A stretch of DNA of 64,000 bases, taken from NCBI GenBank assembly GCA_963823915.1, contig CAWGNJ010000002.1:335192-399191 (forward strand), read 5' to 3'. Position 1 is the stretch's first letter. Each line of letters begins with the position of its first letter. A model generated the notes under the pieces. That model was not told where the DNA came from. It did no database searches and worked only from the letters and a program-made list of their open reading frames with translations. The position numbers were made by a program, and so were the translations under genes. Source of the DNA: an uncultured Actinomycetota bacterium (GTDB taxonomy: Bacteria > Actinomycetota > Acidimicrobiia > Spongiisociales > UBA4744). Below, in pieces: positions 1 through 9,095 of this stretch.

Positions 1-395
1 AGAAGGGTGTCGTCCCCGGCGACGGTGCCTAATACTCCCGACACCGCCGCTCCGTCGACCGCTCCGGCGACGACCTGAGCGGCCCCGGGAGGTGTCTTGA
101 TGACAACCAAGCTCCCGGTCGGGGTAATCGTCGTGGCGAACTGGGCCAGAGCCTTGGAAGCCGCCTCGTTGCTTCCGTCAAGTGGAACTGGCTCCTCGGG
201 CAAGGCGTACCCGTATAGACCGTCAGATGACCTTCGTTTCACGGCTCCCATTTCCGCCAGGTCTCGCGACACAGTGGCCTGAGTCACTCGAAAGCCTTCT
301 TTCTTGAGTTGCTCAACCACATCGTTTTGCCGGGTTATGTGCCTCGTCATCAGAATGCGGCGGAGAGCTCGCCGCCGGGCAGCTGTATATCGCAT
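1..395 (-). CDS. argR: arginine repressor ArgR; its 3' end runs off the window start
   Basis: My reverse translation from the ATG at 395..393 gives MRYTAARRRALRRILMTRHITRQNDVVEQLKKEGFRVTQATVSRDLAEMGAVKRR... then ...LVVIKTPPGAAQVVAGAVD. This is the ArgR winged-helix N-domain plus the start of the C-domain. It is absent from the ORF track because no stop lies inside the window. Confidence 0.75.
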   Translation of the reverse strand, partial: MRYTAARRRALRRILMTRHITRQNDVVEQLKKEGFRVTQATVSRDLAEMGAVKRRSSDGLYGYALPEEPVPLDGSNEAASKALAQFATTITPTGSLVVIKTPPGAAQVVAGAVDGAAVSGVLGTVAGDDTL

Positions 396-439
396 AGTTA
401 TCAGACTATACGCATATATAAAAACGATTCACAAAAGCG

Positions 440-1260
440 GGTTGCTCGTTGCAAGTCTCAGATTTCAGGTTGCCAGCAACAAGCAACAAGCAACAAGCTT
501 CTCACGCCCCCGACAGACCTCAAGCAACAGTGGTGGCGTCTTCGCCTCGCCCGCCGGCTGGTGAAAGGCGATTCGATGTGTAACCCCTCCCTGCAAGGGA
601 GGGGAAGCTTCGCCCGGAGGGCGAAGCAGGGGAGGGTCAGGCGTTAGCCAGACAGTCTGGCGGCGAGGCGTGACCCCCATCCCCCTCGCTTCGCTCGGGT
701 ACTTCCCCCTTTCAGGGAGAAGTCAATGCCCTTGAGAGGCGCGGAGCTGCCGAAGGCGGCGAAGCGGAGAGGGTGGAACCGACAACTGACGACTTGACTT
801 CCCACCCTCCCTCTAACTCCCTCCCGCCAGCGGGAGGGAGGACCAAGACACCAGTCACCAGTCACCAGTCACCAGTTGCCAGTTGCCAGTCGCCAGTTGC
901 CAGTTGCCAGTTGCCCGTTGCCCGTTGCCCGTTGCGGAGCCTCGCCCGCCCCCAAAAGCCTCAATCAACTGTGGTGGCGTCTTGGCCTCTCACACCGGCG
1001 GGAGAGGCGCGGCGCTGCCGAAGGCGGCGAAGCGGAGAGGGTGGACACTGACAACTGAAAACTGATAGCTGACAACCCTCTTCCCACCCTCCCTCTAACT
1101 CCCTCCCGCCAGCGGGAGGGAGGACCAAGACACCAGTCACCAGTCACCAGTTGCCAGTTGCCAGTTGCCAGTTGCCCGTTGCGGAGCCTCGCCCGCCCCC
1201 AAAAGCCTCAATCAACTGTGGTGGCGGAACTAGAAACTAGAAACTAGGAACAGGCCCCGC
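440..1260. repeat. non-coding composite repeat island: 7-nt tandem arrays, short perfect hairpins, and two tandem ~220-245 bp units
   Basis: Heptad arrays: caacaag x3 (477-497); caccagt/tgccagt/tgcccgt (849-934 and 1131-1181); acactga caactga aaactga tagctga (1045-1072); gaaacta repeats (1226-1246). Hairpins lie at 584-604, 607-627, 746-760, 818-839, 1014-1028 and 1100-1121. The units ~738-982 and ~1006-1226 are colinear. Confidence 0.9.
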
Positions 1261-1271
1261 TCTGGCGGCGC

Positions 1272-1866
1272 CTAGAGCATCGCCCCTTCCAACCTCAGCA
1301 AGAACTCTTTACGGTCGGTTCCACCGGCGTATCCGCCCATGCCTCCCCCGGTTCGGAGAACGCGATGACAGGGGATCACGACCGGGATCGGGTTGCCACC
1401 CAGCGCCTGCCCGGCCGCCCGGGCACCTTTCGGCCGCCCGGCCTTGCGGGCCACCTCTTGGTAAGTCGAGACTCCCCCATATGGGATCCTGGCCGCTGCA
1501 GCGAGAACCTCTCGTCGGAACCCTGCAATGAGCCTCTCGGTCTAGAGGCATGTCAAAGCTCTCCCGCCGCCCGGTGAAGTACTCATCGAGTTCCAGGCGG
1601 CTCTGTTCGAGACGGGAGGGGAACTCGAGGATTCGGGGCGAAATGTGCTCCGCAAGGTGTTCGAGAACCCCCGTTTCGTTGTCAAAACCAATGCGGAGCA
1701 ACCCTTTGGGGGTGGCCGCGAGAACCAGGTCCCCAATAGGTGAGGCGATAGTCATGTAGGCGATATCGACCAGTTGGCCCGCTTGCTGTGCGAAACGGTT
1801 GGCGGCCGCTTCGGCAATGTTGCCCACGTTCCCGATATCTCTAAGGGCGATCTCGAGATCGTTCAT
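1272..1866 (-). CDS. ogt: methylated-DNA--protein-cysteine methyltransferase (Ogt/MGMT), with one reading-frame break near 1525-1535
   Basis: The C-terminal ORF 1272..1454 carries the PCHRV active site (IPCHRVL). The N-domain (SPIGDLVLAATPKGLLRIGF...LDEYFTGRRESFDMPLD) lies in the frame of ORF 1309..1935. Shifting one nucleotide restores LIAGFRREVLAAAARIPYGGVSTYQEVARKAG. The length of 595 nt is not divisible by 3. The start ATG at 1866 overlaps the sigma-factor stop (ATGA). Confidence 0.8.
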
Positions 1867-2357
1867 TCCTTGATTTCCTCTCGTAAACGGGTCAATCCCG
1901 CCCGGACGTTCTGACGCGCCGCGGACTCCGAACAACCAATCACTTCACCGATCGTCCGATAAGCCAGATCGTCGACAAAACGCAGCACGATCGCCGATCT
2001 TTGCTTGGCAGGGAGCGCTTGCACCTGGATCCATAGATCCCGATCGACGACGTCCGGCTCGAATCCGGTGGTGAGATCAGGAAGATCCCCACTCGGAGTC
2101 TCCGGGCGTCGACGCCGCCGGTGACAATCGATTGCCTTGTGATGGGCGATCGTGAACAACCAACCCCGCAAATTGGTCACCTCCTGCAGATTCGGGTAGG
2201 CGCCCAACGCGGCCATGAAGGTGTCTTGAAAGCAATCCTCGGCATCGTTGCTCCCGACCGAAGCAATCAAGAATCGATACACATCTTCGCGATGGGCGTC
2301 GAGCAGTGATTGGAACGGGGGCAGCTTCACATCACATACAACGTCGACAAGTGCCAA
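1863..2357 (-). CDS. ECF-type RNA polymerase sigma-70 family factor
   Basis: 164 aa. Region 2 reads DAEDCFQDTFMAAL...WLFTIAHHKAIDCHRRRRR. Region 4 reads ALPAKQRSAIVLRFVDDLAYRTIGEVIGCSESAARQNVRAGLTRLR. Confidence 0.85.
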   Translation of the reverse strand: MALVDVVCDVKLPPFQSLLDAHREDVYRFLIASVGSNDAEDCFQDTFMAALGAYPNLQEVTNLRGWLFTIAHHKAIDCHRRRRRPETPSGDLPDLTTGFEPDVVDRDLWIQVQALPAKQRSAIVLRFVDDLAYRTIGEVIGCSESAARQNVRAGLTRLREEIKE

Positions 2358-2366
2358 AACGTGAGA

Positions 2367-2861
2367 TCACGAGGCGGAGATCTCGAATTCGAGGGCCGCG
2401 GCGGACAACCGCGACACTTCGATGGTGTGGGCCTGGGCAAACCCTCCGACGTAGTGGGCTTCGTCAAGAATGACCTGGAAGAGCGAAAAGTCACCCAAAA
2501 CGATACGAGGTGCGGCCTCGGGCAACCGATCGATGTAGATCCGCCAGACATCCTCGAACGCCGGAGAATTGCGCTCGATCACCTCGGCAATGCCTCTGAG
2601 AGCGACTCTTGCCAGGGTCTGCGGATCCCCTCTGCCCGGGTCGGCTTCGGAAACGACCAGTGACACCCTTGGCTCGTTGATGAGGTTGCGGGTGTGCTCC
2701 GAGAGACCGCTGAGAAACAGAATGAGCCTGCTGGCATCCCGGGTCGGAGCGTAGGCAACCATGGAGGCTGCCGGGCCGTTGGCGCCGAGGGTTGCCAACG
2801 CGGCCCACCGATGTGAGATCACCAGGCCGGCGGCCTCCAGTTCGAACCGGGCAACGGTCAT
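2367..2861 (-). CDS. pyridoxamine 5'-phosphate oxidase-like / HugZ-like FMN-binding split-barrel family protein
   Basis: ORF 2367..2891. The split-barrel-like pattern is ATLGANGPAASMVAYAP...ILFLSGLSEHTRNLINEPRVSLVV. The start at MTVARF (2861) forms an ATGA overlap with the upstream small ORF. Confidence 0.55.
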   Translation of the reverse strand: MTVARFELEAAGLVISHRWAALATLGANGPAASMVAYAPTRDASRLILFLSGLSEHTRNLINEPRVSLVVSEADPGRGDPQTLARVALRGIAEVIERNSPAFEDVWRIYIDRLPEAAPRIVLGDFSLFQVILDEAHYVGGFAQAHTIEVSRLSAAALEFEISAS

Positions 2862-3070
2862 ACCTGGAGGGTAGCTGCGCCTCCCCGGCAACCTGAACGG
2901 GGTTCCCCTAGTCGTCGCCCGGCCGGATCATTCACCCCAGGCTCCCAATAGGCGTCGAGCAGCCAGACCGGTTCGTCCCCTTCGCAACCGGATGCGCCCA
3001 GGATTGCCACACTGTGGCCCACATCGCAACCCCCGTGACAAACCGGGGGAACCAATACGCATATACGCAT
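2858..3070 (-). CDS. hypothetical small Cys/His-rich protein (about 70 aa)
   Basis: MRICVLVPPVCHGGCDVGHSVAILGASGCEGDEPVWLLDAYWEPG... The stop overlaps the next gene's ATG (ATGA), which suggests translational coupling. I recognise no family. Confidence 0.3.
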   Translation of the reverse strand: MRICVLVPPVCHGGCDVGHSVAILGASGCEGDEPVWLLDAYWEPGVNDPAGRRLGEPRSGCRGGAATLQV

Positions 3071-3083
3071 GGCCCGCAGGGAC

Positions 3084-4601
3084 CTAAGCCGGTGGGGCGA
3101 GACCGAGTTCTGGAATAGCGGGAACGAGCTCAGCAAACAACCAGTCGGCGAAGAAAGCATCGAGGTCCTGTCCGCTCACCTCTTCGGCGATCTCCAGGAA
3201 ATCTTGGGTGGAAGCATTCTGGTGCTGGTAGGCGGCGGTATACGACCGCATCAATTCGAAGAACGAGTCGTCACCGACCTGTAAACGCAACGCATGCAAG
3301 GTCAAGGCTCCCCGCTGATAGACGGAGGCATTGACGAGGTTCTGCAGCGGTGGAGACCCAGGAGGAGGGAACTGTTCGGCGGCCAGTGTCGCAGCCAACT
3401 CCGGAGATACACCCTCGGAAAGCAAACTCGATCCGCTCATCGTGTCATAGGCGTTGACAACCAGATTGTCGAAGGCATCGGACCCGTCGACGTGCTCCGC
3501 CCAGAGCCACTGAGCGTAGGTTGAGAACCCTTCGTTCAACCAGATGTCCTCCCAGAAAAGCGGAGTGATGCTGTCCCCAAACCACTGGTGGGCGATTTCG
3601 TGGGCGACCACCGCTTCCTCCAGGCGGAGCACTCCTCTCCCAAACGTAGAAATCGTCTGGGTTTCGAGGGCAGCGCTGAAATCGGAGTCAACCACGACAG
3701 CTCCGTAGGAATCGAAGGGGTAGGGACCGAAGAGATCGGAGAAGAAGCTGATCATCTCAGCTTGCCGTGCGAAATAGCTCCGTTCGAGGTCGCTGATATC
3801 CGGCGAGAAGTAATTGCGGATCGGAAGCCCTTGGGGGCCCAACTCGGCTTCTTCGTCGAAGAGGCCGACGGCCACGACGGTGAGGTAGCTCGCCATGGGG
3901 TCATCCGACGAATACACATAGGTCGTGACCTCGCCGTCGGAGCGCTTCTCCTCGAGCAGTCCATTGGAGACCGCAACATAGGGATCATCAACGGTAACGC
4001 TGATCGAATAGGTTGCCTTGTCCGAAGGATGGTTATTGACCGGGTACCACGTGGGTGCGCCGTCTGGCTCATTGACAGTGAACATTCCATCGTCGCTCCG
4101 CAACCAGCCGTTGGGGAAACTCACCGACGAGGGTGTTACCTGTCCCGCCACTCCCGAGTAAGCAACCACGGCAGTGAAAGCGACGCCCCGATCCAGCTCA
4201 GCCATCACGGCCAATTCACCATCGGCAAGGTTGAAGTCGGCTTCGTTGCCGTCGACGGCTACTGCCGAAACAGTCAGGTCGTATAGGTCCAGGTTGAATG
4301 AGCTAAGCGAGTCGAGAGCAATCGCCTCGATGGTGGCGATTCCTGCCAGAGTCCCGGTCGCCACGTCCAGGTCGAGATCGAGGTCATAGTGAGTAACGTT
4401 GTACCCGCCATTGCCCGCCGACGGACTGTAGGGATCACCCAGGTTGGGCGCGCCGGCATCACCTTGTGGCGGTTCAACTACCTCAGTGGTCGCAACGGTT
4501 GTGGTGATAGGGGGGTAATGGTCGCCGTGGTTTCGGTGGTCTTCGTCGTACATCCGGCGAACACCAACAGGGCACCCATCACCAGCGGGGCGCTCCCCCA
4601 T
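3084..4601 (-). CDS. M1-family zinc aminopeptidase (aminopeptidase N-like)
   Basis: 505 aa, with the HEIAHQWFGD (HEXXH) motif followed by WLNEGFSTYAQW (the third zinc ligand Glu), typical of gluzincin M1 peptidases. Confidence 0.85.
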   Translation of the reverse strand: MGERPAGDGCPVGVRRMYDEDHRNHGDHYPPITTTVATTEVVEPPQGDAGAPNLGDPYSPSAGNGGYNVTHYDLDLDLDVATGTLAGIATIEAIALDSLSSFNLDLYDLTVSAVAVDGNEADFNLADGELAVMAELDRGVAFTAVVAYSGVAGQVTPSSVSFPNGWLRSDDGMFTVNEPDGAPTWYPVNNHPSDKATYSISVTVDDPYVAVSNGLLEEKRSDGEVTTYVYSSDDPMASYLTVVAVGLFDEEAELGPQGLPIRNYFSPDISDLERSYFARQAEMISFFSDLFGPYPFDSYGAVVVDSDFSAALETQTISTFGRGVLRLEEAVVAHEIAHQWFGDSITPLFWEDIWLNEGFSTYAQWLWAEHVDGSDAFDNLVVNAYDTMSGSSLLSEGVSPELAATLAAEQFPPPGSPPLQNLVNASVYQRGALTLHALRLQVGDDSFFELMRSYTAAYQHQNASTQDFLEIAEEVSGQDLDAFFADWLFAELVPAIPELGLAPPA

Positions 4602-4616
4602 CGCGACCGACCCCGC

Positions 4617-6011
4617 CTACTCACCAGGATCCTCCCAGCCCCGTCCCAGAGCCCACTGCCTGACCAATCGGTACGCCTCTGCGGGTTCGTACGGTCCGTG
4701 CTCGATACGGTGCTCCGTCAGAACATCCATGATCTCGCCGACCTCGGGACCCGGTGAGATTCGGAGATATGACATGACGTCGTTTCCATCCACTGGTGGA
4801 CGGAGGGAGTCGAGGTGCTCTTTCTCTCTCAACCGCGCGATTCGTTCCTCGAGGTCGTCGATGCGGCTCTGAATCTCTCTCGCCCGCGCCTTGTTGCGGG
4901 TGGTCACATCACACCGGACCAAGTGGTTGAGGTCGTCGAGCAACGGGCCGGCATCCCGCACATATCGCCGAACGGCGGAATCAGTCCATCCCATTTTGAA
5001 GGTGTGGGGCCGAAGGTGTAGAAAAACCAATTGGCTCACATCGTTGACGACTTGTTTCGGGTATCGGAGCTCACGGAGGCGCTGCCGGGCAATGCGCGCC
5101 CCAACCACTTCATGGTGATGGAAGGTGGCCCCGGAATCGGAGAACTGCCGGGTGGCGGGTTTGCCAATGTCGTGCAGCAACGCCGCCAGGCGTAACTCCA
5201 GTTTGGCCTCCGTTTTGTCGACAACTGCCACCGTATGGGCGAGCACATCTTTGTGCCGGTGGATCGGATCCTGGGCCATTTCCAAATCAGCCAACTCGGG
5301 AACGATGTGGAGGGCCAGACCGGTTCGGACTATCCCGGTCAACGCGGCGCTCGGTCTTTCGGCCATCAGCAGCTTTGACAACTCATCTCTGATGCGCTCG
5401 TGACTGACAATCGACAAGCGATCGGCCATATCAACGACCGCGGCGAGTGTCGGGGGATCGGGATCGAACCCCAAGGTCGCCATGAACCTGAACAGCCTGA
5501 GCATCCGCAGCGGATCATCGGAGAATGAGATCTCCGGAGCAAGCGGGGTTCGCAACACCCCGGCGCTCAAGTCGGCGAGTCCCCCGTACGGATCGACGAC
5601 TTCAGGTTCGGGCAACTGCAGGGCAACAGCATTGATTGTGAAGTCACGGCGAGACAAGTCGACCCCCAGGTCGTCTGAAAAGGACACCTGCGGTTTGCGG
5701 CTGTCATCACGATAAACCTCACTGCGGAACGTCGTGATTTCGTAGGTACGGCCGTCCTTGACGACTCCAATGGTCCCAAAGGCTTCACCAACCGTGAACA
5801 ACCCGTCAGCCCAGCCGCCCACGACGTCCTTGATCTCGCCGGGTTCGGCATCAGTGGTGAAGTCGAGATCGAAGTGAGGGCGATTCAGCAACGCGTCCCG
5901 CATCGAACCACCAACCAAATAGAGCCGGTAACCCGCTGCGGTGAAGATCCGCGCGAGTTGCACGGGGATACCGTCCGGTTCAAGCAACCATGACAGTCTT
6001 TGGGGAATCAT
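4617..6011 (-). CDS. cca: CCA tRNA nucleotidyltransferase / poly(A) polymerase family enzyme with HD domain
   Basis: 464 aa. The nucleotidyltransferase head reads LYLVGGSMRDALLNRPHFDLDFTT. The HD region reads HRHKDVLAHT...LLHDIGKP. Its position matches actinobacterial pcnA in the ori-proximal block. Confidence 0.85.
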   Translation of the reverse strand: MIPQRLSWLLEPDGIPVQLARIFTAAGYRLYLVGGSMRDALLNRPHFDLDFTTDAEPGEIKDVVGGWADGLFTVGEAFGTIGVVKDGRTYEITTFRSEVYRDDSRKPQVSFSDDLGVDLSRRDFTINAVALQLPEPEVVDPYGGLADLSAGVLRTPLAPEISFSDDPLRMLRLFRFMATLGFDPDPPTLAAVVDMADRLSIVSHERIRDELSKLLMAERPSAALTGIVRTGLALHIVPELADLEMAQDPIHRHKDVLAHTVAVVDKTEAKLELRLAALLHDIGKPATRQFSDSGATFHHHEVVGARIARQRLRELRYPKQVVNDVSQLVFLHLRPHTFKMGWTDSAVRRYVRDAGPLLDDLNHLVRCDVTTRNKARAREIQSRIDDLEERIARLREKEHLDSLRPPVDGNDVMSYLRISPGPEVGEIMDVLTEHRIEHGPYEPAEAYRLVRQWALGRGWEDPGE

Positions 6012-6028
6012 CTGCCGGTCAGGATAGG

Positions 6029-6056
6029 CAGAAGGGCCGCTATTGCGGCCCTTCTG
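6029..6056 (-). terminator. perfect 12-bp hairpin downstream of pilT
   Basis: cagaagggccgc-tatt-gcggcccttctg lies between the pilT stop (6091) and the cca start (6011). Confidence 0.45.
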
Positions 6057-6090
6057 GCATCTGCCCTACTTCGCCCGCTTTGGCAGAGAT

Positions 6091-7173
6091 TCAGACGGTA
6101 ACCAGGCCCAGCTGCTCGGCTTGCACCCTCATATCGTGAGCGTTGCTGGCGTTCGAAAGCGCCTCCTGGAACGAGATCAAGCCCTTCTTGAACAACTGGA
6201 GGATCGAGCTGTCAAACGTCTGCATGCCGTAGAACTCGCTCTCCCCGATGACGTCCGCCAACGTATGGGTTTGTCCTTCTTCAACCACCCGGTCGAATAC
6301 CCGGGCATTCATGGTCATAACTTCGATGGCCGGGACACGCCCGTGACCGTCGGCCCGCTCGAGAAGTCGCTGGCTCACAACTCCCCGCAAAGTGCTGGCC
6401 AGCAACAGGCGGATCTGCTTCTGCTGATACGGAGGGAAGAAATCCACGATCCGGTTGATCGTTTCGGTGGCGTCGATGGTGTGCAGCGACGACAGCACCA
6501 GGTGTCCGGTTTCCGCGGCTTTAAGGGCCGCTTTGACCGTTTCCCCGTCCCGCATCTCTCCAATCATGATCACGTCGGGGTCCTGCCGAAGCACCCGTTT
6601 TAACGCTTCGGAGAAATCCTTGGTATCAGACCCGACTTCGCGTTGAGCGACGATCGCCATCTTGTCGGAGTGCAAGACCTCAATGGGGTCCTCAATCGTG
6701 AGGATGTTCACCCGCTTGGTCGAATTGATGAAATCAACGATCGAGGCAAGGGTCGTGGTCTTTCCTGACCCGGTTGGACCGGTGATCAGGACCAGGCCGC
6801 GCGGTTCGTTCGCAAGCTTGTTGAGGATGGGCGGAAGCCCCAAGTCTTCGAAGCTCTTGGTGGACGGCAACACTTGGCGAAGCACCAAGCTCACGGATCC
6901 GCGCTGGCGGAAAACATTGACCCGGAACCTCCCGAGATCCGTTTTTCCATAGGCGAAATCGGCTTCGCTATTCTCGGCGAACTCCGCAGAAGCCCGGGAA
7001 GTCAAGATGCCCTGCGCATACGATTCCGTGTCCTGGGGTGTGAGGGTAGGCAGGCTGGTCGGATGCAAATCACCGTCGATACGCATCACCGGAGGTGAGC
7101 CAACCTTGAGATGGACGTCGGATGCTTCGACATCCATCATCTTCCTCAACAATTCATCGAGTGGAACCGTCAT
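6091..7173 (-). CDS. pilT: type IV pilus retraction ATPase PilT (twitching motility)
   Basis: Walker A is GPTGSGKTTT. The Asp box / Walker B is LRQDPDVIMIGEMRD. The His box is TGHLVLSSLHT. ORF 6091..7272 is trimmed to MTVPLDELL (7173) to avoid overlap with the upstream deacetylase gene. Confidence 0.85.
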   Translation of the reverse strand: MTVPLDELLRKMMDVEASDVHLKVGSPPVMRIDGDLHPTSLPTLTPQDTESYAQGILTSRASAEFAENSEADFAYGKTDLGRFRVNVFRQRGSVSLVLRQVLPSTKSFEDLGLPPILNKLANEPRGLVLITGPTGSGKTTTLASIVDFINSTKRVNILTIEDPIEVLHSDKMAIVAQREVGSDTKDFSEALKRVLRQDPDVIMIGEMRDGETVKAALKAAETGHLVLSSLHTIDATETINRIVDFFPPYQQKQIRLLLASTLRGVVSQRLLERADGHGRVPAIEVMTMNARVFDRVVEEGQTHTLADVIGESEFYGMQTFDSSILQLFKKGLISFQEALSNASNAHDMRVQAEQLGLVTV

Positions 7174-7234
7174 TTGTCCTCCGCAGCGCAAGTGCTTGCT
7201 ATCGGAGGGAGTATCGGCACCAGGCCCGTCGTTC

Positions 7235-8252
7235 TTAAACCACTTGCCAGTGGCGCCGTTGCGCTTCAACAACGAATTCCAGCGTTCTCCAGGACCGCGA
7301 TCCGGATACAGGGCGTGACTCTTCGTCCGGGACCGATAAGCCGGCCAAACCGGACAATGTGGCCGCTACCGAACCCCGGATGGCTTTCAGGTTATATCCC
7401 CCCTCGAGGAACACGATTGTCCTTCCAGGTTCGACGACCCCCCGCAGGGACGATGCCATTGCTCCGTAGTCACTCTCGAGCAGCAAGAGTCCCGCCAAGG
7501 GGTCTGCCCGATGAGCGTCGTAGCCGGCGCTGACCAACAGCCAGTCAGGTTTGAAAGCCACCAGGATCGGAACCACCACCCGTTCGAATGAAGCCCGATA
7601 GACATCTCCCCCGGTACCCGTCGGCATAGGGAAGTTGACGGCCGTGCCCGCCGCCCGCCCCAGGCCCACCTCGTCCACCCAGCCCGATCCGGGATAGGCC
7701 GGGAACTCGTGAAGAGACACATAGAGGACATTGGGGTCCATCAAGAACATTTCCTGAGTTCCGTTCCCGTGGTGCACGTCCCAATCGACGATGGCAACCT
7801 TCTTGCCCATTGCGGTCAGAAGCCGAGCGGTGATTGCCACATTGTTGAAGACACAGAAACCCATCGCACGATCTTGCAGCGCATGATGCCCGGGGGGTCG
7901 GATGGGCAAAAAGGCGACGTCGGCGGCTCCTTTCTGCAGCAGCTCGACCGCGCTGGGACCAGCCCCGGCCGCGCGCAGCGACGCATCCCAGGAATCGACA
8001 CCGACGACCGTGTCGGGATCCAGTTCCCCTCCCCCGGCCGCGGCAGAAGTTCTTTATCGACTCGACATATTCGGGCAGATGCACGGCGCTCAGCAAGTCC
8101 ACACCGACGGGAACGGGAGCAAAATCGATAATCTGCACAGGGGCCTCTTCGACACCGGCCCGCGCTGCCATTAGCCGATCGGGGCGCTCCGGATGCCAAG
8201 CACCAGTCGCGTGCGCTGCGAATGATGGATGGGCGGCAACCAGTACTTTCAT
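7235..8252 (-). CDS. histone deacetylase-family (AcuC/AphA-like) deacetylase, with a frame break near 8045-8052
   Basis: The C-part, ORF 7235..7909, carries PPGHHA, DWDVHHGNGTQ and FLEGGYN. The N-part (MKVLVAAHPSFAAHATGAWHPERPDRL...EYVESIKNF) is in the frame of ORF 7545..8252. A one-nucleotide shift yields AAAGGGELDPDTVVGVDSWDASLRAAGAG...LPIRPPGHHA. Confidence 0.8.
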
Positions 8253-8378
8253 GGCCCTATGGTGGCAGACGATCCGGAATGGTGCGTCCGCGGCCGGCCG
8301 ACGATTCTGCCGGCAGACCTAACCTATGCGGTACATATCCAGCTACCAACCATTCCAGTCACCAGAAGGAACAATGGC

Positions 8379-9090
8379 ATGCGCGCAGTGGGAACCTGGC
8401 CGGGACGCCTGGTGTTGCGACAGGGCTGGGCCAAGGCCGAAGCCCGCCCGTGGAACTCCGATACCCCCGACGCTCATCTTCGTCTCGTCCGCGGCAGTTC
8501 GGCTTTCCTTTCGGCCTGCGGTGAATACCTGTTGGGAATCGGGGTCGTCGGGGGTAGCTTCGCCGCCCCTACCGGAGGTGTCGTCCGGCATCTGGCTGTC
8601 TGCCGGATATGAGCCGTTCTTGACCCTCGACCTGTATTCGCGTGAACTCGTGGGGGCGCTCCCGGAACCCGCCCACCCAATAACGACCGGCGGCAGCCAC
8701 GATTGGGACGCAATCGTGAGACTCGACAAGGCCGCCTTTCCGAAACTCTGGAGGCTCGACAAGGACGGTCTCCAGGAAGCGCTGGCCGCAACTCCGCACT
8801 CGCGGCTGTTGCTCACCCATGACGGTGACCGTCTCCATGGTTTCGCCGTGGTCGGAGTGGGATCGATCGCCGGATACCTGCAAAGGGTGGCGGTTCACCC
8901 CGAATACGCCCGACAAGGCATCGGTCGATCACTCGTCCGCGCCGCCAATAGCTGGGCAAGACGGCGGGGAGCACGCTCCATGATGCTGAACACCCAGGGT
9001 GACAACGAGTCGGCCGCCCGGCTTTATGGGTCCGAAGGATTTGAGAAGATGCTCGACCAATTGACGGTGCTCCGCTTTTCCAATCCGTAA
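8379..9090 (+). CDS. GNAT-family N-acetyltransferase, with a frame break near 8545
   Basis: The acetyl-CoA motif is LQRVAVHPEYARQGIGRSLV...NESAARLYGSEGF (ORF 8326..9090). The N-part, MRAVGTWPGRLVLRQGW...SACGEYLLGIG, is in the frame of ORF 8229..8612. Confidence 0.7.
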
Positions 9091-9095
9091 CAGTC

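Noticed and set aside
396-440. ARG box upstream of argR (tatatgcgtata-like sequence; a similar atgcgtatatgcgtat lies at 3056-3071)
   Set aside because: It is only a loose, imperfect palindrome, and I cannot match it confidently to an actinobacterial ARG-box consensus from memory. The second occurrence is just the start of a small ORF.
440-1260. Possible CRISPR array or protein-coding low-complexity genes (ORFs 465..680, 644..865, 773..1051, 876..1058, 883..1065 and 965..1147)
   Set aside because: There is no regular repeat-spacer periodicity of 28-37 nt, and no cas genes are present. The ORFs overlap in several frames and on both strands, and they merely translate the heptad repeats (…SPVASCQSPVASCQLPVARC…).
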